This document shows, one piece after another, positions 18,430-27,304 of a stretch of DNA of 64,000 nucleotides. Under the pieces are notes generated by a model, which worked only from the letters and a program-made list of their open reading frames with translations, was not told where the DNA came from and searched no databases. The position numbers and the translations under genes are program-made. The stretch is from Candidatus Nomurabacteria bacterium (GTDB lineage Bacteria; Patescibacteriota; Minisyncoccia; Phycocordibacterales; UBA9973): NCBI GenBank assembly GCA_026395955.1, contig JAPLXR010000004.1:3883-67882 (forward strand), written 5' to 3'. Each line of letters opens with the position of its first letter. The first letter of the stretch is position 1.

Positions 18430-19410
18430 TTACATGGACAAGAAGTATCGGGACCATCTCTTCTCTCCGGTCTTTTTTAGGACACTGTCCTTGACCATTG
18501 AGACCAATTCTCTTTGCAAAGTTTTCTCTCCACATGATACGATAGTTCCTATTTTTGTGTCCTTTATATCTTTGATAGTGAGTCCATTAGGAAAAACTTT
18601 TTTGTTTTCTTTTATTGCTTTAACTATGTCTTCCCTTCTATTCTTTTTAAGTAAATCGAAGGAAGATTTCTCCTCCCCCTTCGCTAAGGGGGAGGTTTGG
18701 TGGGGGTGTTTTGATTTCATGTCTGATAAAGCTTTCATTAAACTATGTCCGTTTTGTAGTCCGAGTCTAGTAGTTTGTATCTGTCTCTTAGTAGGGATTA
18801 ATGCTCCATGTCTCTTAAAGAGTTGTCCTTTAGAATTGTTTACATTACTCTCAGTGTTATCTTTTATTTCAGAGAAATCATTACTTTCAATATTTTCATT
18901 TTGTCCTAAACCAGTAAAAAATTCTGACAATGAAAGTTCATTACTATATGAGCTTTCTGTTACAGAATTATATAGTTGAGTGAATTCTTTTTTTAGAATA
19001 TTTTTATTCATTTCAGAGATCATGGACACAGTACTTGCGATGTCCAAGAAGTTCATAATTTCTGAAATTCTTCCTTTCATTACAGACACGAGCTGGTGAC
19101 CTTCCATAGGATTTTTGAGTGCCAAGATATTTATGTCTGAAATGATATTTGCACCAAGTGTCCTTAACTTATTTCTTATTGGTTCTTCCTTGTCCATTAC
19201 ATCTGTAACAATATATAGAGCCATAATAAGCTTATTTGTTTTTGGATATGGTATAGAGATGTCCTTTAAATCAATCTCAGTTCCAACCATATTTATATGG
19301 CCATTATCAATGTCTTTTTGACTGTCCTTGAGATTTTTATTTTCTGGTAACATGGTTTCAATTATATATAAAGGACAGATAAATGCAAGGGCGACAAGAT
19401 AAATGAACAT
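18430..19410 (-). CDS. hypothetical protein with C-terminal winged-helix-like segment
   Basis: 326 aa. C-terminus GLTIKDIKDTKIGTIVSCGEKTLQRELVSMVKDSVLKKTGEKRWSRYFL matches the 'xTxQRDLxxLxxxGxLxKxGxxRxxxYxL' wHTH found at the ends of Fic/AlbA_2-type regulators. The annotated N-terminal hydrophobic stretch may reflect a too-early start. Confidence 0.35.
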   Translation of the reverse strand: MFIYLVALAFICPLYIIETMLPENKNLKDSQKDIDNGHINMVGTEIDLKDISIPYPKTNKLIMALYIVTDVMDKEEPIRNKLRTLGANIISDINILALKNPMEGHQLVSVMKGRISEIMNFLDIASTVSMISEMNKNILKKEFTQLYNSVTESSYSNELSLSEFFTGLGQNENIESNDFSEIKDNTESNVNNSKGQLFKRHGALIPTKRQIQTTRLGLQNGHSLMKALSDMKSKHPHQTSPLAKGEEKSSFDLLKKNRREDIVKAIKENKKVFPNGLTIKDIKDTKIGTIVSCGEKTLQRELVSMVKDSVLKKTGEKRWSRYFLSM

Positions 19411-19529
19411 GGATTATTTTCTTTTTCTCAGGTCCTCGGGTCGCCTTGCTAGGCTCAACCAGACCATTCGAAAAAGGAAATAATCCATGTTTTTAAAATA
19501 CTTTTAAAAATGCTAAAATATACTTACCT

Positions 19530-21737
19530 ATGGCAAAAAATGACAAAAATAAAAAAGAAAATTTTAAAGATAAGAAATCAAATAATATTGAAAAAAAGAA
19601 ATTAAAAAATGAAACTAAACATGGCATACTCGCCGTCGTTTTTTTTGTTTTAGCACTCTTCCTATTACTAGCAGGATTCAATTCTGCAGGACCTGCAGGA
19701 AAGTTTTTTAAAGAAATTTTTACATATCTTTTGGGAGTCGGTTATGCACTGTTACCTGTGCTCTTGGTAATGCTCGGATACTCTTTTGTTAAATCTGAAA
19801 AACCAGAAATAGGTATCAGTCGTGCACTTAGTTCTAGTTTGTTTTTACTCTCAGGATTAGGACTGTTTGATATCGCTTCTCGTAATCATGCTGGTGGAGT
19901 TTTAGGAGAAATAACTGCTGCTCCTTTCGTCGGACTTTTTGATGTTTATGCGAGTATTATTTTCCTCGGAGCAATACTAATAATTTCAATCTTGGTCATG
20001 TTCGATGCCAAGCCAATGTTGATGCCATATCTAGAAAAAATTTGGATGTTCCTAAGAGGTAAAAAATCTGAAAATGAAGATGATGAAGAATATGAAGAAC
20101 CAGTTAAAAAGATAGAAGTAGAAGATGATGAAGAGGAGGAAGTTCCAGAAAAAGTTATAGAGAAAAAGAAAGAAAAAATAAAAGATATTAAACCAAAAGA
20201 AGAGGAAGATTTACCTCCACCTGTCGGCGCTAGATACGTGTCTCATGCATACGTTCCTCCACCACTTTCACTCCTCGAAGAAGACAAAGGAAAACCAAAT
20301 ACAGGAGATATAAAAGCAAATGCAAATATTATAAAACGTACACTTCAAAATTTTGGTATCGAAGTTGAAATGGATGAGATCACAGTCGGACCCTCTATCA
20401 CTCGTTATGCTTTGAAACCAGCCGAAGGTATCAAACTCTCTCGTATCGTAGGATTACAAAGTGACCTCGCACTCGCACTCGCGGCACACCCTATCCGTAT
20501 CGAAGCTCCTATTCCCGGCAAGTCACTCGTCGGTATCGAAATTCCAAACAAAGTAAAATCAACAGTTGGACTCGCTACACTCCTCGCTGATGAAAAATTC
20601 CAAAATTCTGCAAAGCCACTCACTATCGCTCTCGGCCGTGGAATCTCTGGCAAGGCCACATTCGCAAACCTCGCAAAGATGCCACATGCTCTCATCGCTG
20701 GTACTACTGGATCTGGAAAATCTGTAACCATTCACTCTGTTATTACTTCCCTACTATATAGAAATGGACCAGACGATTTGAAATTTATCATGGTTGATCC
20801 GAAACGTGTCGAGTTAACTTTGTATAATAAAATTCCTCACCTCCTAACTCCTGTTATCACAGATGCGAAGAAAGCTATCCTCGCACTCAAATGGGCAGCA
20901 AAAGAAATGGATAGACGTTATGATATCCTCCAAGAAGAATCTGTGCGTGATATTAGTTCTTATCATGAGACAGTTTATCCAAAGCTCTTAAAAAATTATG
21001 AAAAAGCTCAAGACAAAGATGATGTCATGGCTAAAGTTCCAGAACGCATGCCATATATAGTAGTAATCATCGACGAGCTCGCAGATATTATGACTGCCTA
21101 CCCTCGTGAACTCGAGTCAGCTATCGTCCGCCTCGCCCAGATGTCTCGTGCTGTCGGTATTCACATCATCCTTTCTACTCAACGTCCTGAAGTAAACGTC
21201 ATTACAGGTCTGATTAAAGCAAACATTCCTGCTCGTGTCGCCCTCAAAGTGCAATCCGGTATCGACTCTCGTACTATTCTCGATGCTACAGGTGCTGAAA
21301 AACTTCTCGGTCAAGGAGACATGCTCTATTCTTCCGGTGAAGCTCAACCAGAACGTCTACAATCTGCTTATATCTCTGAAGGTGAAGTAAAGAAAGTTGT
21401 AAAATACCTCGCTGACGCTTATGTAGATGAAATATCAAATGAAATTTCATTATCTTCTGAAAATATTAGTCACGATAAAAGTATCTTTGACAGTAATCTA
21501 GAAGACCCAAACGAAGATACAGATGAAATGTACGAAGAAGCTCGTATTTGTGTAATGGAAGCCGGCAAAGCTTCAACTTCATATTTACAAAGAAAACTTA
21601 AACTCGGTTATGCTCGTGCAGCGAGACTAATGGATATGCTCGAAGAACGTGGAGTTATCGGTCCTGGTGATGGAGCAAAACCACGTGAAATATTAGAAAA
21701 GATAGAACATGATGAGAATGGAGATAATGTGATATAA
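19530..21737 (+). CDS. ftsK: DNA translocase FtsK/SpoIIIE
   Basis: 735 aa. N-terminal TM helices, acidic Glu/Lys linker, motor domain with GTTGSGKS (Walker A), IVVIIDELADIM (Walker B), and a C-terminal gamma domain (winged helix, YLQRKLKLGYARAARLMDMLEERGVIGP). Confidence 0.9.
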   Translation: MAKNDKNKKENFKDKKSNNIEKKKLKNETKHGILAVVFFVLALFLLLAGFNSAGPAGKFFKEIFTYLLGVGYALLPVLLVMLGYSFVKSEKPEIGISRALSSSLFLLSGLGLFDIASRNHAGGVLGEITAAPFVGLFDVYASIIFLGAILIISILVMFDAKPMLMPYLEKIWMFLRGKKSENEDDEEYEEPVKKIEVEDDEEEEVPEKVIEKKKEKIKDIKPKEEEDLPPPVGARYVSHAYVPPPLSLLEEDKGKPNTGDIKANANIIKRTLQNFGIEVEMDEITVGPSITRYALKPAEGIKLSRIVGLQSDLALALAAHPIRIEAPIPGKSLVGIEIPNKVKSTVGLATLLADEKFQNSAKPLTIALGRGISGKATFANLAKMPHALIAGTTGSGKSVTIHSVITSLLYRNGPDDLKFIMVDPKRVELTLYNKIPHLLTPVITDAKKAILALKWAAKEMDRRYDILQEESVRDISSYHETVYPKLLKNYEKAQDKDDVMAKVPERMPYIVVIIDELADIMTAYPRELESAIVRLAQMSRAVGIHIILSTQRPEVNVITGLIKANIPARVALKVQSGIDSRTILDATGAEKLLGQGDMLYSSGEAQPERLQSAYISEGEVKKVVKYLADAYVDEISNEISLSSENISHDKSIFDSNLEDPNEDTDEMYEEARICVMEAGKASTSYLQRKLKLGYARAARLMDMLEERGVIGPGDGAKPREILEKIEHDENGDNVI

Positions 21738-21744
21738 AAATTTA

Positions 21745-21780
21745 CCTCACCCCGACCCTCTCCTTATAAAGTAGAGGGAG
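21745..21780. repeat. GC-rich polypyrimidine/polypurine hairpin repeat, copy A (CCTCACCCCGACCCTCTCC-TTATAAAGTA-GAGGGAG)
   Basis: Matches 26726-26771 (reverse complement) over ~35 nt. Related hairpins occur at 23287-23330, 46285-46329 and 60855-60920. Confidence 0.5.
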
Positions 21781-21790
21781 AAAAACAAAC

Positions 21791-22144
21791 ATGAAAAACG
21801 ACGTAAAGAAAACAATAAAAATAGTTTCCCTTTTAGCTTTATTTCTCTTTATTATTATTTTTGCTTTCTTTCGCTCTAGAGAATTAGTCTTTGGAGTAAA
21901 AATTAAAAATATAAACATAGTAGATGGTACGAAATTCATAGGTAGCATACTACCTATCACTGGAAATGCTAAAAATGCTGTAGAAATAACGATAAATGGC
22001 CGTGAAATATCAGTTGACCAGAGTGGAAATTTCAACGAGACAATCGTTCTCCTTTCGGGTTATAATATAGTAGATATAAAGGCCAAAGACAAATTTGGTC
22101 ATAGTGATGAAAAAATTTATAAATTAATGTATTTAGGTTTGTAA
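21791..22144 (+). CDS. hypothetical membrane-anchored protein
   Basis: 117 aa. N-terminal TM (IVSLLALFLFIIIFAFF) then a beta-rich domain. Confidence 0.4.
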   Translation: MKNDVKKTIKIVSLLALFLFIIIFAFFRSRELVFGVKIKNINIVDGTKFIGSILPITGNAKNAVEITINGREISVDQSGNFNETIVLLSGYNIVDIKAKDKFGHSDEKIYKLMYLGL

Positions 22145-22208
22145 TTTTTCTTTTCTGAGTTGGTCTGGCTGACCCCCTTCCAAGGACCCGAAGAAAAGGA
22201 GAAATTAC
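22141..22208. promoter_or_regulatory. long imperfect inverted repeat (GTAATTTTTCTTTTC ... GAAAAGGAGAAATTAC) enclosing palindromic CCTTCCAAGG, between the 117-aa gene and recA
   Basis: 15/16-nt arms spaced by ~37 nt of GC-rich sequence. The left arm begins in the stop codon of the upstream gene and the right arm ends 20 nt before the recA ATG. No T-tract follows. Confidence 0.35.
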
Positions 22209-22228
22209 AAACCTAATAAAAATCAATC

Positions 22229-23284
22229 ATGATTAAAAAACCAAAAAAAGCGGGCAATAGTGAGACAATGGATAACAGAGCACTCGAAGATACACTGAAA
22301 TCAATTCAGGCGAAATTTGGTGAGGGTTCAATAATGAAACTTGGTGAAAAACCAAAAGTAGATATCGATGTCATCCCTACTGGATCCCTCGGTCTAGATA
22401 TGGCTCTCGGTATCGGTGGTGTACCTCGTGGCAGAATCTTAGAAATCTTTGGCCCAGAATCATCTGGAAAAACAACTCTCGCATTACATATCATCGCTGA
22501 AGCTCAAAAGAAAGGTGGTATTTGTGCATTTATCGATGCTGAACATGCCATGGATCCTGTCTATGCAAAGGCTCTCGGAGTAAAAATAGATGATTTACTT
22601 ATCTCTCAGCCAGATACAGGAGAACAAGGTTTAGAAATTACTGAGTCACTTGTACGTTCAGGAAAAATCGATGTCATCGTCATCGACTCTGTCGCAGCTC
22701 TCACTCCAAAAGACGAAATCGAAGGAGATATGGGTCAAGCACATGTCGGTAGACAAGCTCGTTTAATGTCTCAAGCACTTCGTAAGCTCACAGCTATCAC
22801 GGCTCGCTCAAAGACTACAGTTATTTTCATAAATCAAATCCGTATGCAAATAGGAGTTATGTTCGGTAATCCTGAAACTACTCCAGGAGGAAAGGCTTTG
22901 AAATTCTATACTTCTGTCCGTCTCGACATCCGCCGTATTGCTCAAATTAAAAAAGGAGAAGAAGTAGTCGGTGGACGCACACGTGTGAAAGTTGTGAAAA
23001 ACAAAGTCGCTGCTCCATTTAAACAAACTGAATTCGATATTATCTATGGTGAAGGTATTTCACATGAAGGTGAACTTATGGCTCTCGGAGAAAAGCTCGG
23101 CATCATAGAAAAATCTGGTGCTTCATATAGTATGAAAGACAAAGAAGGAAATAAAATATCAATGGGACGTGGTTATGATGCTACACGCACATGGCTCAAA
23201 GAAAATTCTAAGGTCGCTAAAGAAATAAAGAAAGAAATCGAACACCGTTTTGGAGAAATCCAAGTGACGAGTGCTGGGGAATAA
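22229..23284 (+). CDS. recA: recombinase RecA
   Basis: 351 aa. [12 protein letters not shown] Walker [17 protein letters not shown], and L1/L2 loop regions conserved. Confidence 0.97.
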   Translation: MIKKPKKAGNSETMDNRALEDTLKSIQAKFGEGSIMKLGEKPKVDIDVIPTGSLGLDMALGIGGVPRGRILEIFGPESSGKTTLALHIIAEAQKKGGICAFIDAEHAMDPVYAKALGVKIDDLLISQPDTGEQGLEITESLVRSGKIDVIVIDSVAALTPKDEIEGDMGQAHVGRQARLMSQALRKLTAITARSKTTVIFINQIRMQIGVMFGNPETTPGGKALKFYTSVRLDIRRIAQIKKGEEVVGGRTRVKVVKNKVAAPFKQTEFDIIYGEGISHEGELMALGEKLGIIEKSGASYSMKDKEGNKISMGRGYDATRTWLKENSKVAKEIKKEIEHRFGEIQVTSAGE

Positions 23285-23286
23285 TA

Positions 23287-23330
23287 AACCCCTCCTAACC
23301 TCCCCTTATCAAGGGAGGAAATTTGGGTTT
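23287..23330. repeat. GC-rich nested hairpin AAACCCCTCCTAA-CCTCCCC-TTATCAA-GGGAGG-AAATTT-GGGTTTG, directly after the recA stop
   Basis: Inner stem CCTCCC/GGGAGG and outer stem AAACCC/GGGTTT. Member of the GC-rich hairpin family. No clean T-tract. Confidence 0.45.
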
Positions 23331-23388
23331 GATTATTTAGTCCATTTTTGATAGGATAACTATATTAAAATTTAAATAAAATACATTT

Positions 23389-23967
23389 ATGGCAACACTA
23401 GAATACAGTGAAATAAGAGAGAAAAAAATAATATTACATGATGATGAGCCATGTGAAGTAATAGAATCACATGTAGCTCGTACTCAACAAAGAAAACCTC
23501 AAAACCAAGTGAAACTTCGTAGTCTCATTTCTGGCAAAGTCTTCCCTGCTACATACCACGTTTCTGATAAAGCAGACGAGGCTGATATAGAAAAAAGAGA
23601 AGTTACTTTCCTTTATCATAACAAAGGTGAATACTGGTTCTGTGAAGTTGGAAACAAAGCAAATCGTTTCAAACTAGATGAAACATTACTCGGAAGTACA
23701 GGAAAATTCTTGAAAGAAAATGAAAATGTTACAGCTTTAGTTTGGGATGATGACGGAGATGAAAAAACAATCGGATTGAAACTACCTATCAAAATGCAAT
23801 TCAAAGTGAAAGAAGCTCCTCCTGCAGTCCGCGGAGATACTTCAAAAGGTGGTAACAAATACATTGTCTTAGAAAATGGATCATCTATCACTGCCCCGAT
23901 GTTTATAGAAGCTGGTGAAGTGGTTATCGTAAACACAGAAACTGGTGAATACGTAGAAAGAGCATAG
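23389..23967 (+). CDS. efp: elongation factor P
   Basis: 192 aa. KPGKG-equivalent region and the three OB/KOW-like domains. Closely matches EF-P length and organisation. Confidence 0.9.
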   Translation: MATLEYSEIREKKIILHDDEPCEVIESHVARTQQRKPQNQVKLRSLISGKVFPATYHVSDKADEADIEKREVTFLYHNKGEYWFCEVGNKANRFKLDETLLGSTGKFLKENENVTALVWDDDGDEKTIGLKLPIKMQFKVKEAPPAVRGDTSKGGNKYIVLENGSSITAPMFIEAGEVVIVNTETGEYVERA

Positions 23968-23976
23968 TAATAATAT

Positions 23977-24005
23977 TTCTAAATTAAAAACTCCCATCTG
24001 GGAGT
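23977..24005 (+). terminator. efp intrinsic terminator AAAACTCCCATCTGGGAGTTTTTAATTT
   Basis: Hairpin CTCCCA-TCT-GGGAG followed by a T-run. Confidence 0.6.
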
Positions 24006-24247
24006 TTTTAATTTGTCTAGAATATAATTCTTACATTACTTGACTTTTATATAACTATATGATAATGTGAGGACTGGTTTTGTACTTTGATAATATGTTT
24101 AAAAACATACTTTTATGTGAGTATAGGTAGCACTTTGGACGGAAAAATTCTTTCCAGTGTGCTCTCTATACTCTATTTGTATATGGCAATCGTTTGGTTA
24201 CCGCGAATATCGGGCCGGCTTAAAACAGTACAAAAAACAATAAAAGT

Positions 24248-26413
24248 ATGAAAAAAACAATGTACAATTGGCTATTAGTAGCTATCCTATTATTAACAGG
24301 ATTGAAAGTTAATGCGCAAATCGGCAATGCGAGTTTTGCTGTGAGTAAAGATAGTATTTGTTCTGGCGGTATGGTGTATGTACACAATACATCACCCGAT
24401 ACATTATTACCTGGTGTACAATTTATGTGGCAGTTGAATGGAAATGGCTCCCCTCAAAACTGGACGGGGTCTAGTGTTCCTCAAGGATTTCATCTTTGGA
24501 ATACTAACACTTACCAGATTAATTTAATGGAGTTAGATTCAAATGGAGTTTTCTTGGGTTCTTTTACAAAAGATATCCACGTATTCCCTGAACCTAACTG
24601 GCCAAATTTATCACCAAATAATCTTTCAGTTGAGTGTGGTCCTGTATTTATTACAGACAACAACAATACAAATGACATTTGGATGAATGCGGCAGGAGAC
24701 ACTCTAGGAACAGGTAGTTCAATTACATTGAACATTCCTGGATTTTACAATGTTTCAGCTATTAGTCCTTTTGGTTGTATTAATTCAAACCCTATGGGTT
24801 TCAATATACAACAAGGACAAACCTCTGTAAATATTGGATCAAATAGTATGAGCATGCCTTACAATAATGATAGCATTATCTACGGTTGCCAAGGTGACCA
24901 AGTTTTTCTTAATGCTAACATAAACTATATGTTTAATGGCGGAGGATTTGTTTGGGAAAATGGATCAAGCGCATGGAACAGAACAGTAACCCAAGCTGGG
25001 TATTATTCTTTAATCTATACCGGGGCAAGCGGTTGCAGTATTACAAAAACTGTTCATTTAATAATGAAACCAAAACCTCATCCTACAATCACAGCATCCG
25101 GACCAACAACCAGATGTGGTAATGAAAGTATTACATTCAGTGTAACACAAACATATATCGATTATACTTGGAACAATTGGAACTTTAGTAGCGGGAATCA
25201 AACCTTCATATCATGGAACTCAGGATATAACTATGTAGTAGTTACTGATACTAATGGATGCAAGGGTGTTTCAGATAGTATTTTTGTAACAGAAAATCCT
25301 GTACCACCACAAGCAACAATTACTCCAAGCGGTTGTAATTTAATTTCTGATATGCCAAATGATGGAATACATATCAATATCTGGAAAATAGATACACTTA
25401 GCACTATCATAGGAAGCACTCAAATGATTTCTCCTATGGTAAGTGGCGCCTATACAGATATGATTGTTGATGTGACAACAGGTTGTCACTCAACATCGTT
25501 ACCATACAGTTTTGTGTTACCACCTGTACCAGTAATTGTTGGAAATTTAGATATCTGCCAGGGTGACACAGCTCACCTTACAATATTTAATCCAAACCAA
25601 TACAGCCAGTTTTTCTGGTCGAATAGTGCTGATGGCCCTATCGATACAGCGACAGTATCTGGTTACATAAACGTTGAGGCTCAATACGGATCTCAGGGTG
25701 GTTGCATAGTAGTTAACCCTTATAGTGTTTATGTTACGGTACATCCAAAACCTATTGGAATAATAACTGCTAGTAACACTACTTTATGTGCCGGAGATTC
25801 AGTAACGCTTTCTGTTCCATCTGGAACAAATGACAGCTGGAGTACAGGCGAAGTTGGCTCAACAATTTACGTAACAAATGGTGGATATTACTCTGCTCTT
25901 ATGACAAATAGTTATGGATGCAGTTATGTAACACCAGCAGTTCATATAATTGAGCACGCAAAACCAAACAAACCGACAATTACCGGACCTTGTATACTAT
26001 CTACTAATAGTGGATTCTCTTCATACCAATGGTACGAATTAGACACATTATTAAACATGATACCCATTACAAGTTCTACTGGACAATTCTTGTCGATAGT
26101 TCACGTACCAAACTACTACACAGTAGGAGTTACTGACGCTAATGGATGTAGTAATACTTCCGATCCGTATTGGTCAAGTTGTGGAACAGGAATAAATGAA
26201 GAAACAAATACTATTTCTGAAGTTTATCCGAATCCGTTCACTAACCAAATCACAGTAAGATTTTCTGATAACAAAGAACATATGATAAATATGTTTGATG
26301 TTTTAGGTAAAGTTGTAATTTCTGAGAAAGGTCAAAATGAAATGACTCTGAATACAACTGAACTAAGTTCTGGAATTTACTTTATTCCGGGAATTGGAAA
26401 AATGATTAAATAG
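24248..26413 (+). CDS. secreted multi-domain adhesin-like protein with type IX secretion system (T9SS/Por) C-terminal sorting domain
   Basis: 721 aa. Signal peptide MKKTMYNWLLVAILLLTGLKVNA|QIG, with Bacteroidota-style cleavage before Gln. About ten ~60-70 aa repeats each carrying a conserved Cys (CSGG, CINSNP, CQGDQ, CSITK, CGNES, CKGVSD, CHSTS, CQGDT, CAGDS, CSYVT, CSNTSDP), resembling SprB/PKD-like Ig domains. C-terminal ~65 aa VYPNPFTNQITVRF...MFDVLGKVV...LNTTELSSGIYFIPGIGKMIK matches the T9SS CTD (Por_Secre_tail) consensus. Confidence 0.8.
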   Translation: MKKTMYNWLLVAILLLTGLKVNAQIGNASFAVSKDSICSGGMVYVHNTSPDTLLPGVQFMWQLNGNGSPQNWTGSSVPQGFHLWNTNTYQINLMELDSNGVFLGSFTKDIHVFPEPNWPNLSPNNLSVECGPVFITDNNNTNDIWMNAAGDTLGTGSSITLNIPGFYNVSAISPFGCINSNPMGFNIQQGQTSVNIGSNSMSMPYNNDSIIYGCQGDQVFLNANINYMFNGGGFVWENGSSAWNRTVTQAGYYSLIYTGASGCSITKTVHLIMKPKPHPTITASGPTTRCGNESITFSVTQTYIDYTWNNWNFSSGNQTFISWNSGYNYVVVTDTNGCKGVSDSIFVTENPVPPQATITPSGCNLISDMPNDGIHINIWKIDTLSTIIGSTQMISPMVSGAYTDMIVDVTTGCHSTSLPYSFVLPPVPVIVGNLDICQGDTAHLTIFNPNQYSQFFWSNSADGPIDTATVSGYINVEAQYGSQGGCIVVNPYSVYVTVHPKPIGIITASNTTLCAGDSVTLSVPSGTNDSWSTGEVGSTIYVTNGGYYSALMTNSYGCSYVTPAVHIIEHAKPNKPTITGPCILSTNSGFSSYQWYELDTLLNMIPITSSTGQFLSIVHVPNYYTVGVTDANGCSNTSDPYWSSCGTGINEETNTISEVYPNPFTNQITVRFSDNKEHMINMFDVLGKVVISEKGQNEMTLNTTELSSGIYFIPGIGKMIK

Positions 26414-26438
26414 AATGCAACTATAATACAAATGCAAA

Positions 26439-26472
26439 GCCCCGTTAACAAAATGTTAACGGGGCTTTTATT
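26439..26472 (+). terminator. intrinsic terminator GCCCCGTTAAC-aaaatg-GTTAACGGGGC + TTTTATTT
   Basis: 11-bp perfect stem with a T-run, 25 nt after the stop of the T9SS-CTD gene. Confidence 0.65.
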
Positions 26473-26507
26473 TGCACATTTTTCAAAAATAAATTTAATC
26501 TTGAAAA

Positions 26508-26708
26508 TTATTTAGCTACGAATGGGAGAAGTCCCATGAAGCGAGCATGCTTGATAGCTAATGCTAAAGCACGTTGATTCTTTGATGTAACACCAGTTCT
26601 CTTGTGATTCATTATCTTGCCGTTGGCATTGATAAATTTCTTCAAGATATCAGTATCTTTGTAATCAATGTGTTTGATATTGTTTGATGAAAAGTAATCT
26701 TGTTTCAT
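26508..26708 (-). CDS. rpsR: 30S ribosomal protein S18
   Basis: 66 aa. YKDTDILKKFINANGKIMNHKRTGVTSKNQRALALAIKHARFMGLLPF is a typical S18 core. Confidence 0.9.
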   Translation of the reverse strand: MKQDYFSSNNIKHIDYKDTDILKKFINANGKIMNHKRTGVTSKNQRALALAIKHARFMGLLPFVAK

Positions 26709-26725
26709 TATATTGTGTATTCCAT

Positions 26726-26771
26726 CCCGGCGCCCCTCTACTTTATAAGGAGAGGGGTTGGGGGTGAGGTG
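26726..26771. repeat. GC-rich hairpin repeat, copy B (reverse-complement match to 21745-21780), between ssb and rpsR
   Basis: On the minus strand reads CACCTCACCCCCAACCCCTCTCC-TTATAAAGTA-GAGGGGCGCCGGG. Shares CCTCACCCC..ACCC.TCTCCTTATAAAGTAGAGGG with copy A. Confidence 0.5.
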
Positions 26772-26787
26772 CTAGTTAATAATTTTC

Positions 26788-27246
26788 CTAAAACGGTATA
26801 TCTTCTGGGTTTATGTCTTCTTCTGGATAGTCGATACCTCCATCTAAATCTTCATCTTTTGGTGCTCCAGCAGATACTGGTGCTGATGAAGCTGGTGCAC
26901 TACTGCCTCCTGTTGCACCTCCTCTAGGACCAAATTGAGTCTTGTCAGCAATGATTTCAGTACGATATTTCTTACTGCCATCTTTGTCGTCCCAAGAACG
27001 TGTCTGCATTCTTCCTTCGACGAGCATAGAGTTACCCTTTTTCATATATTGAGCAACTGTTTCTGCTTGGCGTCCGAAAACTACAACATTGTGGTAGTCA
27101 GCAGATTCTTGCTTTGCACCATTTTTATCTTTCCAAACACGATTTGTCGCAAGAGAAAATGAACAAACTTTTATTCCAGAAGGAAGTGCTTTTAGTTCTG
27201 GGTCTCTTGTTAAGTTACCTATGACGATTGCTTTGTTTAAATACAT
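26788..27246 (-). CDS. ssb: single-stranded DNA-binding protein
   Basis: 152 aa. OB-fold N-terminus (LNKAIVIGNLTRDPELK...YHNVVVFGRQAE...). Gly/Pro/Ser-rich tail ending in the acidic DEDLDGGIDYPEEDINPEDIPF, characteristic of SSB C-termini (DIPF). Confidence 0.9.
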   Translation of the reverse strand: MYLNKAIVIGNLTRDPELKALPSGIKVCSFSLATNRVWKDKNGAKQESADYHNVVVFGRQAETVAQYMKKGNSMLVEGRMQTRSWDDKDGSKKYRTEIIADKTQFGPRGGATGGSSAPASSAPVSAGAPKDEDLDGGIDYPEEDINPEDIPF

Positions 27247-27304
27247 ATGTTTATTATTTTAATTAACTTATAATAAATACTTTAATTTTTATTTTGTTAT
27301 TAGA

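Noticed and set aside
18434-18979. 181-aa plus-strand ORF overlapping the 326-aa minus-strand gene
   Set aside because: Complete overlap with a longer ORF. No motifs. Only one of the two can plausibly be real and the minus-strand one carries a recognisable wHTH.
22145-22228. LexA (SOS) box upstream of recA
   Set aside because: No GAAC-N4-GTTC or CTGT-N8-ACAG motif was found. Only the unrelated long inverted repeat is present, reported separately.
24248-26413. Calling the T9SS-CTD gene a compositional genomic island
   Set aside because: By eye GC content (~38-40%) is close to that of recA/efp next door. Only codon choice looks somewhat different, and there are no flanking integrase, tRNA or direct repeats. 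So horizontal origin is inferred from protein features, not from composition.
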